This document shows, piece after piece, positions 40,369 through 50,053 of a DNA stretch of 64,000 nucleotides. The notes under the pieces are model-generated. The model saw nothing but the letters and a program-made list of their open reading frames with translations. It ran no database searches and was not told where the DNA came from. This stretch comes from Euryarchaeota archaeon UBA443 (lineage in GTDB: Archaea; Thermoplasmatota; Poseidoniia; Poseidoniales; Poseidoniaceae). Made by a program: the position numbers and the translations under genes. The stretch covers positions 24,905-88,904 of the forward strand of contig DAKS01000018.1 in the NCBI GenBank assembly GCA_002499195.1, written 5' to 3'. The stretch's first letter is position 1, and each line of letters begins with the position of its first letter.

Positions 40369-42392
40369 ACTTGCTGTTCAACATCGATTTCAGCCTTCTT
40401 TTTCTTTCCAAAGAGGGATGTTGCAAACCATGCAGCAAAGACAATGAAAAAGGTGCTAAAGACAAAAGATTGGTTGCCGATAAGGAATAGATCGTCTTCA
40501 CTTGTTGCTTTCAATTCAACGTCGATTGTCCAATGTTCTCCATTAAAAGCCTCAAGATGTATCGTTCCAAGAACATACATATTCTCTTGCAGTAATCCTT
40601 GAGGTTCGATTTCTAAGGTGATGCTTCCATTACCATTATCGACTCGAACGCTGGGATTAGCAGTAGCAACCCTTGACAAGGGGCCAGCTATTTCTATTGT
40701 AAATTCTCCAGAACCAACTCCTTCTCCAATGTAGGGAATAATCAATATTGTTGGCTTATCGACATTGATAGTATCAACAAGTTCCATTTCGTTAGTATTC
40801 GGAATTGTACCGAGTGTTGAGATGGTAGTCTTGATATCAAACACATCATTTTGGCAGTGGATAAGCCCTGAAAACGTAGCCGTTGAATCAAGCATTCCTT
40901 GCGATGAGAATGTACCAAAGTGCAACGAATTTGAATTTGAGTTATTGCTAAATTCTATTGTTCGGCCATCAGTACCATTCAATGACCCCCAACATTGTAT
41001 CTCATCTTCACTGTTGATTATCTCAAGAACAAATTGCTCATCTTGCAATAGGGATGAACCAAAGTTTTTCAAATCGATATCGTAGGTTGGAGAACAATTC
41101 AATGAATGGAATTCTACATCCCATTGACCATCATTGTCAACGATACGTGCATGCCATGGAACAAGAACACCGTCATGGTCACGGATAAGTATGCCACGTT
41201 CTCCAAACTCATCTCCGGGTTGGAACAAATCACCTGCAACACCATCATTGATGCCCTTGAGTTGTTCTTGATTACCATCCGCCTCAATTGCCTTAAGATA
41301 GGGTCTTCGTTGGTCGATATTCATAGCATTATGAGCTGAATCTCCAGCGGCCCAATCTTCTAGGAGAACGAGTACTCCCTCGCCAGGTAACGATTGATCA
41401 TACCCTTGTTGAGTTCGTTTTTCAATCCAAACAAACTCATCTTCAGAAATTTGAATTCGTATTCGATCACCTCCGAGTGTGCGTGAATCGATGCTTACGG
41501 TTGGTCCAATACAGGGTCCAGGAGATCCTGATGGCCATTGTAAGTTTACGTCTCGTGTCGCAGCATGGCCAATTGCCGCCATAGTAGGACCCGTTGGCAG
41601 AGCAGGTGTATCGCCTCCTCCATTCCAATTTCCACTCGCCATGATGTCCCACACTCCGATACCTTTCCAAGAACCAGAGTATCCAGAATCATGGACGGGA
41701 TAGAGGTCAAATGCTCCAAACTGGTGCATCATCTCATGCAAAATCGTACCGAATCCATTTTCGCCATGTCGCATTGATGACATAGTATAGTGTTCAAAGG
41801 AATATTCGCCCTTATCCAACGGTTCTGAGAAGGATGTAAAATGTGACCAAATACGATTTGACGAACCTGAACCTTGTTCTTGAGCCAGTGTTGAATGCAG
41901 AATTAGGAACCGATCAATTACACGATCATCATTCAAATCATATTGTTCGAATGATTCCTGTTCAAGAGATGTTACAACGAATTCAGCAAGTTGAGCAGGT
42001 AAAAAATCAGTTCCACCTCCATAATCACGTCCATTCGCTCCATCTTCCCCATATGCAGAAAGTGGTTTTGGTGCTCTGAGGATGTCATTGTAAATCTCGA
42101 TCGATAATTCGACGGAGTTTCCAACCGCCTGCGTAAGATAATCTTCTGAATATAGTTGAAGTTCGTCTTCAATTGTATCCTTTGCATTTTGGTTTAAAGG
42201 ATTAGAATCAAAGTCAACAAGTACAACCAACCACGATTCATTTTGTTGAAGGCCTACCAATGGTGCTGCTGTACTTTCAGAACCTTTGACATCTATCTGA
42301 AACAAGTCATTGATTTGTTCAGAATAGATTTGGGACGCTATCGCCATTACGATGCAAAGGACCATCCCAATTGCATGTCCCCTTTTCCCCAT
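40329..42392 (-). CDS. M6 family (immune inhibitor A-like) metallopeptidase, membrane anchored
   Basis: WLVVLVDF, IWSH, HEMMH, DLY, WDIMASG Met-turn, YDQSLPGEGVLV; N- and C-terminal hydrophobic segments. Confidence 0.88.
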   Translation of the reverse strand: MGKRGHAIGMVLCIVMAIASQIYSEQINDLFQIDVKGSESTAAPLVGLQQNESWLVVLVDFDSNPLNQNAKDTIEDELQLYSEDYLTQAVGNSVELSIEIYNDILRAPKPLSAYGEDGANGRDYGGGTDFLPAQLAEFVVTSLEQESFEQYDLNDDRVIDRFLILHSTLAQEQGSGSSNRIWSHFTSFSEPLDKGEYSFEHYTMSSMRHGENGFGTILHEMMHQFGAFDLYPVHDSGYSGSWKGIGVWDIMASGNWNGGGDTPALPTGPTMAAIGHAATRDVNLQWPSGSPGPCIGPTVSIDSRTLGGDRIRIQISEDEFVWIEKRTQQGYDQSLPGEGVLVLLEDWAAGDSAHNAMNIDQRRPYLKAIEADGNQEQLKGINDGVAGDLFQPGDEFGERGILIRDHDGVLVPWHARIVDNDGQWDVEFHSLNCSPTYDIDLKNFGSSLLQDEQFVLEIINSEDEIQCWGSLNGTDGRTIEFSNNSNSNSLHFGTFSSQGMLDSTATFSGLIHCQNDVFDIKTTISTLGTIPNTNEMELVDTINVDKPTILIIPYIGEGVGSGEFTIEIAGPLSRVATANPSVRVDNGNGSITLEIEPQGLLQENMYVLGTIHLEAFNGEHWTIDVELKATSEDDLFLIGNQSFVFSTFFIVFAAWFATSLFGKKKKAEIDVEQQVYSDEEFLPGNHL

Positions 42393-42443
42393 AGTCCTCT
42401 CACAACATTGAATCGTTTCAAGTGTTGGGTCTATTGCTACACT

Positions 42444-43742
42444 TTAAGGCTGCATGGCCCGAAAAGTAGCTAATTCATCATCTGTCCAATTCTTGACAGA
42501 TATTCGCAATACTCCATCTTGCATTTCTGGCCAGATAGATGATTCGACTGGAATGAACTTGCGAACACTTGAATCTTTCATTCGATTTGAGCATGCATCA
42601 ATTCGCTGTGAGGAAGTCCATGGGTCGGTCACATTTTCTAAATGGATTTGGATTTCATCTCTTAATTGCTCATTATTTGATGGCGTAGCACCTTGCATTT
42701 CGAGAAAGTTCAGACCTCGTAAACGACAATTTACCGACTCTACTGATTTTTTAAAATTTGAAGGCAATGGTGATGAATTGCAACCTCCGATGATAACATC
42801 TGTGAGACGGTAACGAGCAATAGCATCGATCAAATGCTCACGTTCATCGATGTTATCACATAATGATTCATATTTGAGCAGACCTGTATTTGCAGGAGAT
42901 GTATCGATTGGAAATGATACTCCTTGACATGAACAATCAACATAGGTTACAAATCTACGTCGCCCTTCATGGTCGAAAAGCGCTTTCGGGCTCATAACCT
43001 CTTTTGATTCCCGTACACTTTTACGAATAGAAAATTCAAGAAACATGATCATTAGGCTTAGGAGAACGATGTTAGTGCCATTCCAACGTCCAGGGAGGGA
43101 AAGCAGTAGGATTACGCCACCAATTCCAAGAACTCGAGTCCTCCACCAATCTTGATTGTTGTCGGTGATTAAACCTAGTGAACCAGCCGTAACCGTTGCA
43201 AAGGAAATAATGTATGTGATTAGAATAGCCCAAAATATGGAAAGAGCAAATGTGAACAAAGAAACAGCATCATATTGAGTACTTAATCCGATTTGTTGGT
43301 GTATTCCATCACCGAATAAATAGAGCAAAGGAATAAGAAAATAGAACAGAATAAAGAGAGACACATAGCCAAGAATTGCAGATGCTACCATCCAACGCTT
43401 CAACATATTTTTCTCACTCTGAGTAAGCCCCGGTCGTGCAAACGTATACATTGAATGTAGAACGAAAGGTAGAATCAATAGGATCGATAAAAACACAGCG
43501 GTTAACCACCGAACAACACTCCAAGACGCAGGCTCATACAAAGTAAGACATGATACGTCATCACATGGATTCAAGTGAGACATTATCGCTTCTAGAAGCA
43601 AGTCAATTTTTGATATAAATGCAAAGGTCAGTATTGCAATAAGCACAAAACCAAGTGTTGCTTTTTGCGTAAGTGCATCGAAGTGAGCCTGAACAGGAAG
43701 TGATGCATCTCGTTCAAGTTGCAATCCTTTGCCCGATGTCAA
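42444..43742 (-). CDS. tatC: TatC-like membrane protein with C-terminal Cys-rich extension
   Basis: Six TM layout, FARPGLTQSEK signature, YFLIP, WWR; TTG start after GAGGGAG; ~170 aa extra C-terminal domain. Confidence 0.7.
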   Translation of the reverse strand: MTSGKGLQLERDASLPVQAHFDALTQKATLGFVLIAILTFAFISKIDLLLEAIMSHLNPCDDVSCLTLYEPASWSVVRWLTAVFLSILLILPFVLHSMYTFARPGLTQSEKNMLKRWMVASAILGYVSLFILFYFLIPLLYLFGDGIHQQIGLSTQYDAVSLFTFALSIFWAILITYIISFATVTAGSLGLITDNNQDWWRTRVLGIGGVILLLSLPGRWNGTNIVLLSLMIMFLEFSIRKSVRESKEVMSPKALFDHEGRRRFVTYVDCSCQGVSFPIDTSPANTGLLKYESLCDNIDEREHLIDAIARYRLTDVIIGGCNSSPLPSNFKKSVESVNCRLRGLNFLEMQGATPSNNEQLRDEIQIHLENVTDPWTSSQRIDACSNRMKDSSVRKFIPVESSIWPEMQDGVLRISVKNWTDDELATFRAMQP

Positions 43743-43751
43743 AGAACTCCC

Positions 43752-44717
43752 TCACACCAAATCTTGGTGTTCAGGTTCTGTACGAGCTTGTACGATGGTC
43801 CGATAAACACCAAACATACCCCATAGAGTTAGCATTCCTAGAATGAAAGCATATCCCCATGGCTGGCCATCATCGACTGCCCAACCGAATGCTAGAAGCA
43901 CAGCAAGTGTCAGGATGCCTCTTCGGATTCCTTGTGGAACGGCAAGCCGCATATCAAGATGCTTCGGACCACCTCCAAATCGGCGCTCATAGAATTCTCC
44001 TTGAACAACAGCACCTATCAGAATAATGGACAAAGTTGTCCAATAGAAGAGGTTCCCATTTGCAAAGAAATCATGTGCAATTTCAGCTTGTCGTTCTGCT
44101 TCAAGTGCTTCATGATCTTCCTCTGCTACAAACAGTGATTCGAAGTCTCCTACACTGATTGTTCGAAGTGCAAGATTCTCTTCATCATCATTGGTCATGG
44201 TCTCTGGTGATGAGATGAAGAAGGACAAAAGATTCCAATTGTCGCCTGCATTTGCTCCATCCATACCATCAACTGCATTTCCTGCAAGAGAAAAGGAAAC
44301 ATCGCCAACGTCACTTGATGGAGCGGTCCAGGTGATGACCCAATCATTGCTTGGAGCTGCTTGCGAGACTGCGCCAGGTTCCGAACCATCAGTATTTGTT
44401 ACGATTTGCGAGCCTTCACCAGCTGTAAACGTACCAACTCCGTAATCGGTTAGCAAAAATCCACCGTTCTCGTAGGACGCATGTTGAAGATTAACGGTAA
44501 AATTGTAGGATTCCCCTAATGTATATGCACGAGGAATGCCTGAAATTGAAACCACGACATCGTTTGAAGGAACTCCATCTCCGTGGCAACTACAACCTGT
44601 CTCGACGGTTAGTCCCCCACTGATCGGATTATCCCAAGGCGGACCGTTAGGATTGGCTACAACAGGTGCTAGGAGACAAATCGATAGCAGTAAAATGAGA
44701 AGTGTTCTCGACTTCAT
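43752..44717 (-). CDS. Secreted Reeler/choice-of-anchor V-like domain protein with CxCH motif and three C-terminal TMs
   Basis: Signal peptide; NGPP...GCSCH; YTLGESYNFTV; GGFLL; WTAP; AGNAVDG-GD-W. Confidence 0.7.
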   Translation of the reverse strand: MKSRTLLILLLSICLLAPVVANPNGPPWDNPISGGLTVETGCSCHGDGVPSNDVVVSISGIPRAYTLGESYNFTVNLQHASYENGGFLLTDYGVGTFTAGEGSQIVTNTDGSEPGAVSQAAPSNDWVITWTAPSSDVGDVSFSLAGNAVDGMDGANAGDNWNLLSFFISSPETMTNDDEENLALRTISVGDFESLFVAEEDHEALEAERQAEIAHDFFANGNLFYWTTLSIILIGAVVQGEFYERRFGGGPKHLDMRLAVPQGIRRGILTLAVLLAFGWAVDDGQPWGYAFILGMLTLWGMFGVYRTIVQARTEPEHQDLV

Positions 44718-44779
44718 GTTATCCTCTCCGTTTTAGCCACTCCTATTCATGCTTTCAACGTTCCTTTAAGACCAAGGAA

Positions 44780-46201
44780 TTAAGACTCTTTGATAGCGTT
44801 ATTCAAACCGGTCATCATTGCTTTTCCATCACCGAACAACATCATGGTCTTGTCCATGTAGAATAGATCGTTATCAACACCTGCATATCCTACGGAAAGG
44901 GAACGCTTGATGATGACGACGGTACGTGCTTGGTCAGCATCGATGATCGGCATACCTGCGAGTGGCCCTTCGCCACTACGAGCGGCAGGGTTTGTAGTAT
45001 CATTTGCCCCAATGACGAGAGCGACATCACAATCTGGAAATTCAGGATTGATTTCATCCATTTCAATGAGTTGTTCGTAAGGGACGTTTGCTTCAGCAAG
45101 CAAGACGTTCATGTGACCAGGCATACGTCCCGCAACCGGGTGAATTGCGTACTTGACTTCTGTATCATATTTTTCAGCGACAATATCTGCAAATTCCTTC
45201 ACCTGGTGTTGACACTGAGATACGGCCATTCCGTATCCAGGTACAATGATGACTTTCTGAGCACCATCTAGCATCATAGCAACTTCGTCTGGATCTGAAC
45301 CAACCTTTGTTCGAGTAAGTGACTGCTTTTCTCCCGTTCCACCAAAGGACTTGAACAATACATCTGGAAGCGTACGATTCATCGCTTTGCACATGATGAA
45401 TGTCAAAATCAATCCTGATGCACCGACCAATGAACCAGCGACAATGAGAACCGAATTTCCGATAATGAATCCTGTAAAGGCTGCAGCAATTCCAGACAAT
45501 GAGTTGAGAAGTGAAACAACTACAGGCATATCAGCACCACCGATTGGTAGAACCAAGACGATACCGAGTACAGCAGAAATACCGATGATTCCCCATAGGT
45601 AGTTAGTATCCGTTGGAGCATCGATGCTGAGGTAAATCAAAACCGCTACGCCAATAACCATCATGACCTTGAGTGGGTTGAGCCATACAGGGCCCCAAGT
45701 CGGTGTCTTAATCCACTTTCCGAAGATGCTGACTCCACCTTTGAGTTTGAACATAGCAAGGATGGAACCTGTTAGGGTCATCCAGCCAACGAGTGCAGAA
45801 AGACCCGCAGCGACCATGATTACCGTCAACTCTAGTTCCTGGGTTGGTACCTTTGCTGGGTCTTCTACGTATTTCCAAATCTCGGAAAGTGCAACCAACG
45901 CAGATGCAGCTCCACCAAATCCGTTGAACAAAGCAACGAGTTCAGGCATTCCAGTCATTTCGACACGAATCGCCATCCAAAGACCAATGAGGGAACCTAT
46001 CACAAGACCTGAGCCGATAAGAACCCATTCAATTCCATCACCAAGTCCCATTTGTAGGATGGTTGTAATCACGGCAACAAGCATTCCGAGCGCACCGAGT
46101 TGATTTCCAAATGGAGCGGTTCGTGGGTGGCCAAGTTTCTTCAATCCAAAGATGAACAATGCCGCGGAAAGAAGGTAACCGAGGGGGATCCACTCTTCCA
46201 T
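44780..46201 (-). CDS. pntB: NAD(P) transhydrogenase beta subunit
   Basis: MTGMPELVALFNG, IGGADMPVVVSLLNS, KAMNR, VPGYGMAV, HPVAGRMPGHMNVLLAEA, GANDTTNP. Confidence 0.97.
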   Translation of the reverse strand: MEEWIPLGYLLSAALFIFGLKKLGHPRTAPFGNQLGALGMLVAVITTILQMGLGDGIEWVLIGSGLVIGSLIGLWMAIRVEMTGMPELVALFNGFGGAASALVALSEIWKYVEDPAKVPTQELELTVIMVAAGLSALVGWMTLTGSILAMFKLKGGVSIFGKWIKTPTWGPVWLNPLKVMMVIGVAVLIYLSIDAPTDTNYLWGIIGISAVLGIVLVLPIGGADMPVVVSLLNSLSGIAAAFTGFIIGNSVLIVAGSLVGASGLILTFIMCKAMNRTLPDVLFKSFGGTGEKQSLTRTKVGSDPDEVAMMLDGAQKVIIVPGYGMAVSQCQHQVKEFADIVAEKYDTEVKYAIHPVAGRMPGHMNVLLAEANVPYEQLIEMDEINPEFPDCDVALVIGANDTTNPAARSGEGPLAGMPIIDADQARTVVIIKRSLSVGYAGVDNDLFYMDKTMMLFGDGKAMMTGLNNAIKES

Positions 46202-46202
46202 A

Positions 46203-46514
46203 TCAAGCACCTCCGCGCTTTCTACCAGCGATCATGTTAAGCATTCTATTCGTTACAGCAAATCCACCCACGACGTTGATCATTGCAAGAACGACAGCTA
46301 CGAATGCAAGTATGCCAGAAACAGCAGTGGCTCCACCATCGTAAGCAACATTTGCTCCAATCAATGCTCCTATGATAGAAATCCCAGAAATTGCGTTTGC
46401 ACCGCTCATCAATGGCGTGTGAAGTGTTGCTGGAACCTTGGTAATGAGTTCAAAACCGAGGAAGATTGCAAGTACAAATAGCGTGATATTTCCAATCAAA
46501 AATTCTGGCGTCAT
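46203..46514 (-). CDS. pntAb: NAD(P) transhydrogenase alpha subunit, membrane part (PntAb)
   Basis: LHTPLMSGANAISG, INVVGGFAVTNRML. Confidence 0.95.
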   Translation of the reverse strand: MTPEFLIGNITLFVLAIFLGFELITKVPATLHTPLMSGANAISGISIIGALIGANVAYDGGATAVSGILAFVAVVLAMINVVGGFAVTNRMLNMIAGRKRGGA

Positions 46515-47674
46515 TCTAGGGCACCTCCCAATCGTGTTTGCTTTGGATGCATTTCACCGTTTTGACAGATGAGTACACCTCCCATTCCATTGACGTAAAA
46601 GTCACTACCTTCAGGTGCTCCAACGAGAACATCATCCTCTTCAGAGATTACAACTTCTCCCTCTTGTACAAGTGAAGTGATGAAAGTTGTTAGGTTGTTA
46701 GAGTAGAGCATGCTTGCAGTTGTTGCGATCGTTCCAGGAAGATTCGATGTTCCAACAATTATTACGCCATTATCGGTCGTAATCACCTCTCCTGCTACAG
46801 TATCTTCGCAGTTACCGCCAACGTCAGCGTTCATATCGACAACTACGGCTCCTGATTTGAAACCTTGAACTGCACTTGATGGAACGGTAATTGGTGCTGG
46901 TCGACCAAAGATTCGTGCAGTGGTTACGATGATGTCAGCATCGGATGCAACACCACAGACAGTGTCATTGACCTTCTGAATAAATTCAGGCGTCAATGGT
47001 TTGGCATATCCAGCCTCATCTTCGAAGTCATCCATGCCATCAACTTCGATGAATCGACCACCTACTGACTCGATTTGTTCAGCAGCAGACTTTCGGACAT
47101 CAGAAGCATAAACAACAGCGCCAAGACGCTTTGCTGTAGCGATTGCTTGCAATCCTGCAACACCAGAGCCCATAATGACAACTTTTGCTGGACGAACGGT
47201 TCCTGCTGATGTGGTCATCATCGGAATACCCTTTGGTACATGTGCAGCTCCGAGCAGGACTGCTTTGTAGCCAGCGAGATTGTCTTGACTTGAATTGACG
47301 TCCATCGATTGTGCACGACTCAATCGCCGAGGAATCATGTCCATCGATAACAAGGTGATGTTTGCAGCAAGGCAATCTTTGACGTATTGAGGATTTCGAA
47401 ATGGGTCTGATACACAGGCCAGATTTGTTCCCGCTTTGATCCCATTTACGCCGGGGAATCGGATGGTAATGATAGTCTCACAGGCAAGAGCATCTTCTCG
47501 ACTTCCTATGGTTGCTCCAGCAGCTTCGTATTCAGAATCATGATAATTTGCTGATACCCCTGATCCGGATTCAATTATAACTTCAAAACCTGCTTTATTC
47601 AGTTTCCTAAGGCTGGTAGGAACGATTGCAACACGTGTCTCTCCTTCCGGTTCTTTGAGCACACCTAACTTCAT
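46511..47674 (-). CDS. pntAa: NAD(P) transhydrogenase alpha subunit, NAD-binding part (PntAa)
   Basis: ETRVA, SRAQSMD, AGYKAV, GSGVAGLQAIATAKRLGA, GGNCE. Confidence 0.95.
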   Translation of the reverse strand: MKLGVLKEPEGETRVAIVPTSLRKLNKAGFEVIIESGSGVSANYHDSEYEAAGATIGSREDALACETIITIRFPGVNGIKAGTNLACVSDPFRNPQYVKDCLAANITLLSMDMIPRRLSRAQSMDVNSSQDNLAGYKAVLLGAAHVPKGIPMMTTSAGTVRPAKVVIMGSGVAGLQAIATAKRLGAVVYASDVRKSAAEQIESVGGRFIEVDGMDDFEDEAGYAKPLTPEFIQKVNDTVCGVASDADIIVTTARIFGRPAPITVPSSAVQGFKSGAVVVDMNADVGGNCEDTVAGEVITTDNGVIIVGTSNLPGTIATTASMLYSNNLTTFITSLVQEGEVVISEEDDVLVGAPEGSDFYVNGMGGVLICQNGEMHPKQTRLGGALE

Positions 47675-47803
47675 GATAACACCGTTGTTTTTTCCGAACG
47701 TTAGGGGGTTCTTCAATACCACCCTTTGACCCTATCAAACAGGACACCAGCATACCCTCTTGATTAAAAGCATCCGGCCTCGACCAACAACTGGCGAGAT
47801 ATC

Positions 47804-48745
47804 ATGACAAGAGGAAGTAGAAAAATCGCAGTAATTGGTGCAGGAAATGTGGGTGCAACGTGTGCTTTTGTACTGGCAAATATGAAGATTGCAGATATTG
47901 TTTTGTTGGATATTTACGAAGGTTTTGCCAAAGGAAAAGCACTCGATATGAGCCAAAATGCAAACGTCTTGAATTATGATGGTCAGATTACTGGCACCTC
48001 GAGTTACGAGGACATTGCAGGTGCTGATGTTGTCGTTGTTACGAGTGGCTTTCCTCGACAGCCCGGAATGACTCGCGAAGATCTGATTGGTAAGAATGCA
48101 GAAATTGTAGCTCAAGTTGGAGCAGGTATCCGGGATCATGCTCCTGATTCGATTGTGATTGTCGTCACAAATCCTCTCGATTTGATGACCTACCACATGC
48201 AGAAGGTTACTGGTTTCCCGGCAAATAGGGTAATTGGTCAAGCAGGTGTTCTTGACAGTGCCCGTATGGCACATTTCATTGCTCTAGAATTGGACTGTGC
48301 TGAAGAAGATGTAAGTCCAATGGTTCTTGGAGGGCACGGAGATACAATGGTCCCTCTTCCTCGTTATACTACGGTTGGTGGCATACCAATTACCCAACTC
48401 ATGTCTCAAGAGCGTATCGATGCCATATCAGCAAGGACCGCTGGTGGAGGAGGAGAGATAGTCAAGTTACTTGAACGTGGTTCCGCATTTTATGCCCCTG
48501 GTTCTGCAGCAGCAGTCATGGCAGAATCGGTGCTCAATAACCGTCGAAGACTTATTCCAGCATCCTGTTTGTTAACTGGACAATATGGCTTGAATGATGT
48601 TTATATCGGCGTTCCTTGCATACTTGGTTCAAATGGAGTTGAGAAGATATTCGAATTGGAATTAACGGATGATGAACTAAATTCACTACAAACATCAGGA
48701 AACTTCTACAAGTCCCAATTAGCTGATGTTTTGAACTACAATTGA
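47804..48745 (+). CDS. mdh: Malate dehydrogenase (LDH-like)
   Basis: GAGNVG, PRQPGMTREDL (Arg specificity), VTNPLD, LDSAR, GGHGD, SAFYAP. Confidence 0.95.
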   Translation: MTRGSRKIAVIGAGNVGATCAFVLANMKIADIVLLDIYEGFAKGKALDMSQNANVLNYDGQITGTSSYEDIAGADVVVVTSGFPRQPGMTREDLIGKNAEIVAQVGAGIRDHAPDSIVIVVTNPLDLMTYHMQKVTGFPANRVIGQAGVLDSARMAHFIALELDCAEEDVSPMVLGGHGDTMVPLPRYTTVGGIPITQLMSQERIDAISARTAGGGGEIVKLLERGSAFYAPGSAAAVMAESVLNNRRRLIPASCLLTGQYGLNDVYIGVPCILGSNGVEKIFELELTDDELNSLQTSGNFYKSQLADVLNYN

Positions 48746-48751
48746 TGATTG

Positions 48752-50026
48752 TTATTTGATACTCTTGATTCCAAACAAGTATCTTGTAACCTTCGTTCTT
48801 CGAACGATCTCAAATGCTATCCAGCACCCAACTGTGACGAAAACACAGCCAAAGAGAACAGCAGGAATATTGGTCAAATCAAATTCTTTCGCTACCCTCA
48901 GTCCTGCGAATGTTATTGGCATGTGAATAATGTAGAAGGGATAGACTCCTTGGTTAAGATATGATAGATGCTTGCTTGGTATATTCATGAAATGTGCACC
49001 CCATGCAAATACAGTGAGACACCAGAACCAAGCATGGAAACTGTGAATGAAACATCCAAAAATAGTCATTTGGTTATGTATAATTCCGTTTTCAAGCCAT
49101 CCTCCGTCCATGTATGCAACGCCATCTGAATGCTGTTTGATTCGAATCAGGACAAATCCGATTGTGAACAACATCGTCAATCCAGTAATTTTGTTTCGAT
49201 TTTTATCGATGAATGTATAGTACTCATCTCTTGAAATAATGCATATGTATCCGAACAGGAAAAAGACGAGATACCAGAACCATTCGTATCCAATTCCAAT
49301 AAGTCCTGGGAACCAAGGTTTGAACATTATTTCTGTCAATGTTAGTATCAATGGTAAAACAATGAAGATACCTAATCCGCCCTTAATTGTGAAGGTAGCA
49401 CGCATTTTTTTTGCTAATCCGCCATCAGGATTCTTCTGAACATAATGGAAAATTGGTATACAAAGAAGAGAATACAAAAACAAATTCCACAAAAACCACA
49501 AATGCCCTAATGCAATGATTTTTCCAAATAAGGGAACCCAAAATACGAACGAAGTGAATAAAACATGAAGTATGAATGCTATAATGGAATCAGTAACTGT
49601 ATTTCCTTCAAGATCAACAGCTCCAGTTAATATTCCGCCAATAAAGCCAACCGTCCACATTCCAAAGAACATTGGAACAAGTAATCGTTGCAAACGTTCG
49701 ATCAAAAATTTCCCCCAAGTACGTCGTTTGAATGCAAAAGCAGTACCCATCCCTGATATCATAAACAATGCTGCAAGTCTCCATTGATGCATCCAATGTA
49801 GAAACATACTAGTCGGATCAATGGACTCGGCAGTGTAATCATTTCCTTCATCGGCAATATCCAGACGTTCATCGGGATCGTCAGTTATGTTGGGGTTGAT
49901 ACCTTCTCCATAGGTCGACCAATACACGCCAATAGCAACATGGAATGGTATCAATAGGCCGAACAAAATCACTCGCAACCAGTCTATGTCGTATCGACGT
50001 TCTGGCTTTTCTGTGCTTGTTTCCAT
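48752..50026 (-). CDS. Acyltransferase family 3 (OpgC-like) membrane protein
   Basis: RRYDIDWLR, FH, WRLAALFMISG, ERLQRLLVP, HLWFL, YPFYIIH; ~10 TMs. Confidence 0.88.
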   Translation of the reverse strand: METSTEKPERRYDIDWLRVILFGLLIPFHVAIGVYWSTYGEGINPNITDDPDERLDIADEGNDYTAESIDPTSMFLHWMHQWRLAALFMISGMGTAFAFKRRTWGKFLIERLQRLLVPMFFGMWTVGFIGGILTGAVDLEGNTVTDSIIAFILHVLFTSFVFWVPLFGKIIALGHLWFLWNLFLYSLLCIPIFHYVQKNPDGGLAKKMRATFTIKGGLGIFIVLPLILTLTEIMFKPWFPGLIGIGYEWFWYLVFFLFGYICIISRDEYYTFIDKNRNKITGLTMLFTIGFVLIRIKQHSDGVAYMDGGWLENGIIHNQMTIFGCFIHSFHAWFWCLTVFAWGAHFMNIPSKHLSYLNQGVYPFYIIHMPITFAGLRVAKEFDLTNIPAVLFGCVFVTVGCWIAFEIVRRTKVTRYLFGIKSIK

Positions 50027-50053
50027 GGTCTAGATACACTCCTTTGATAGAGA

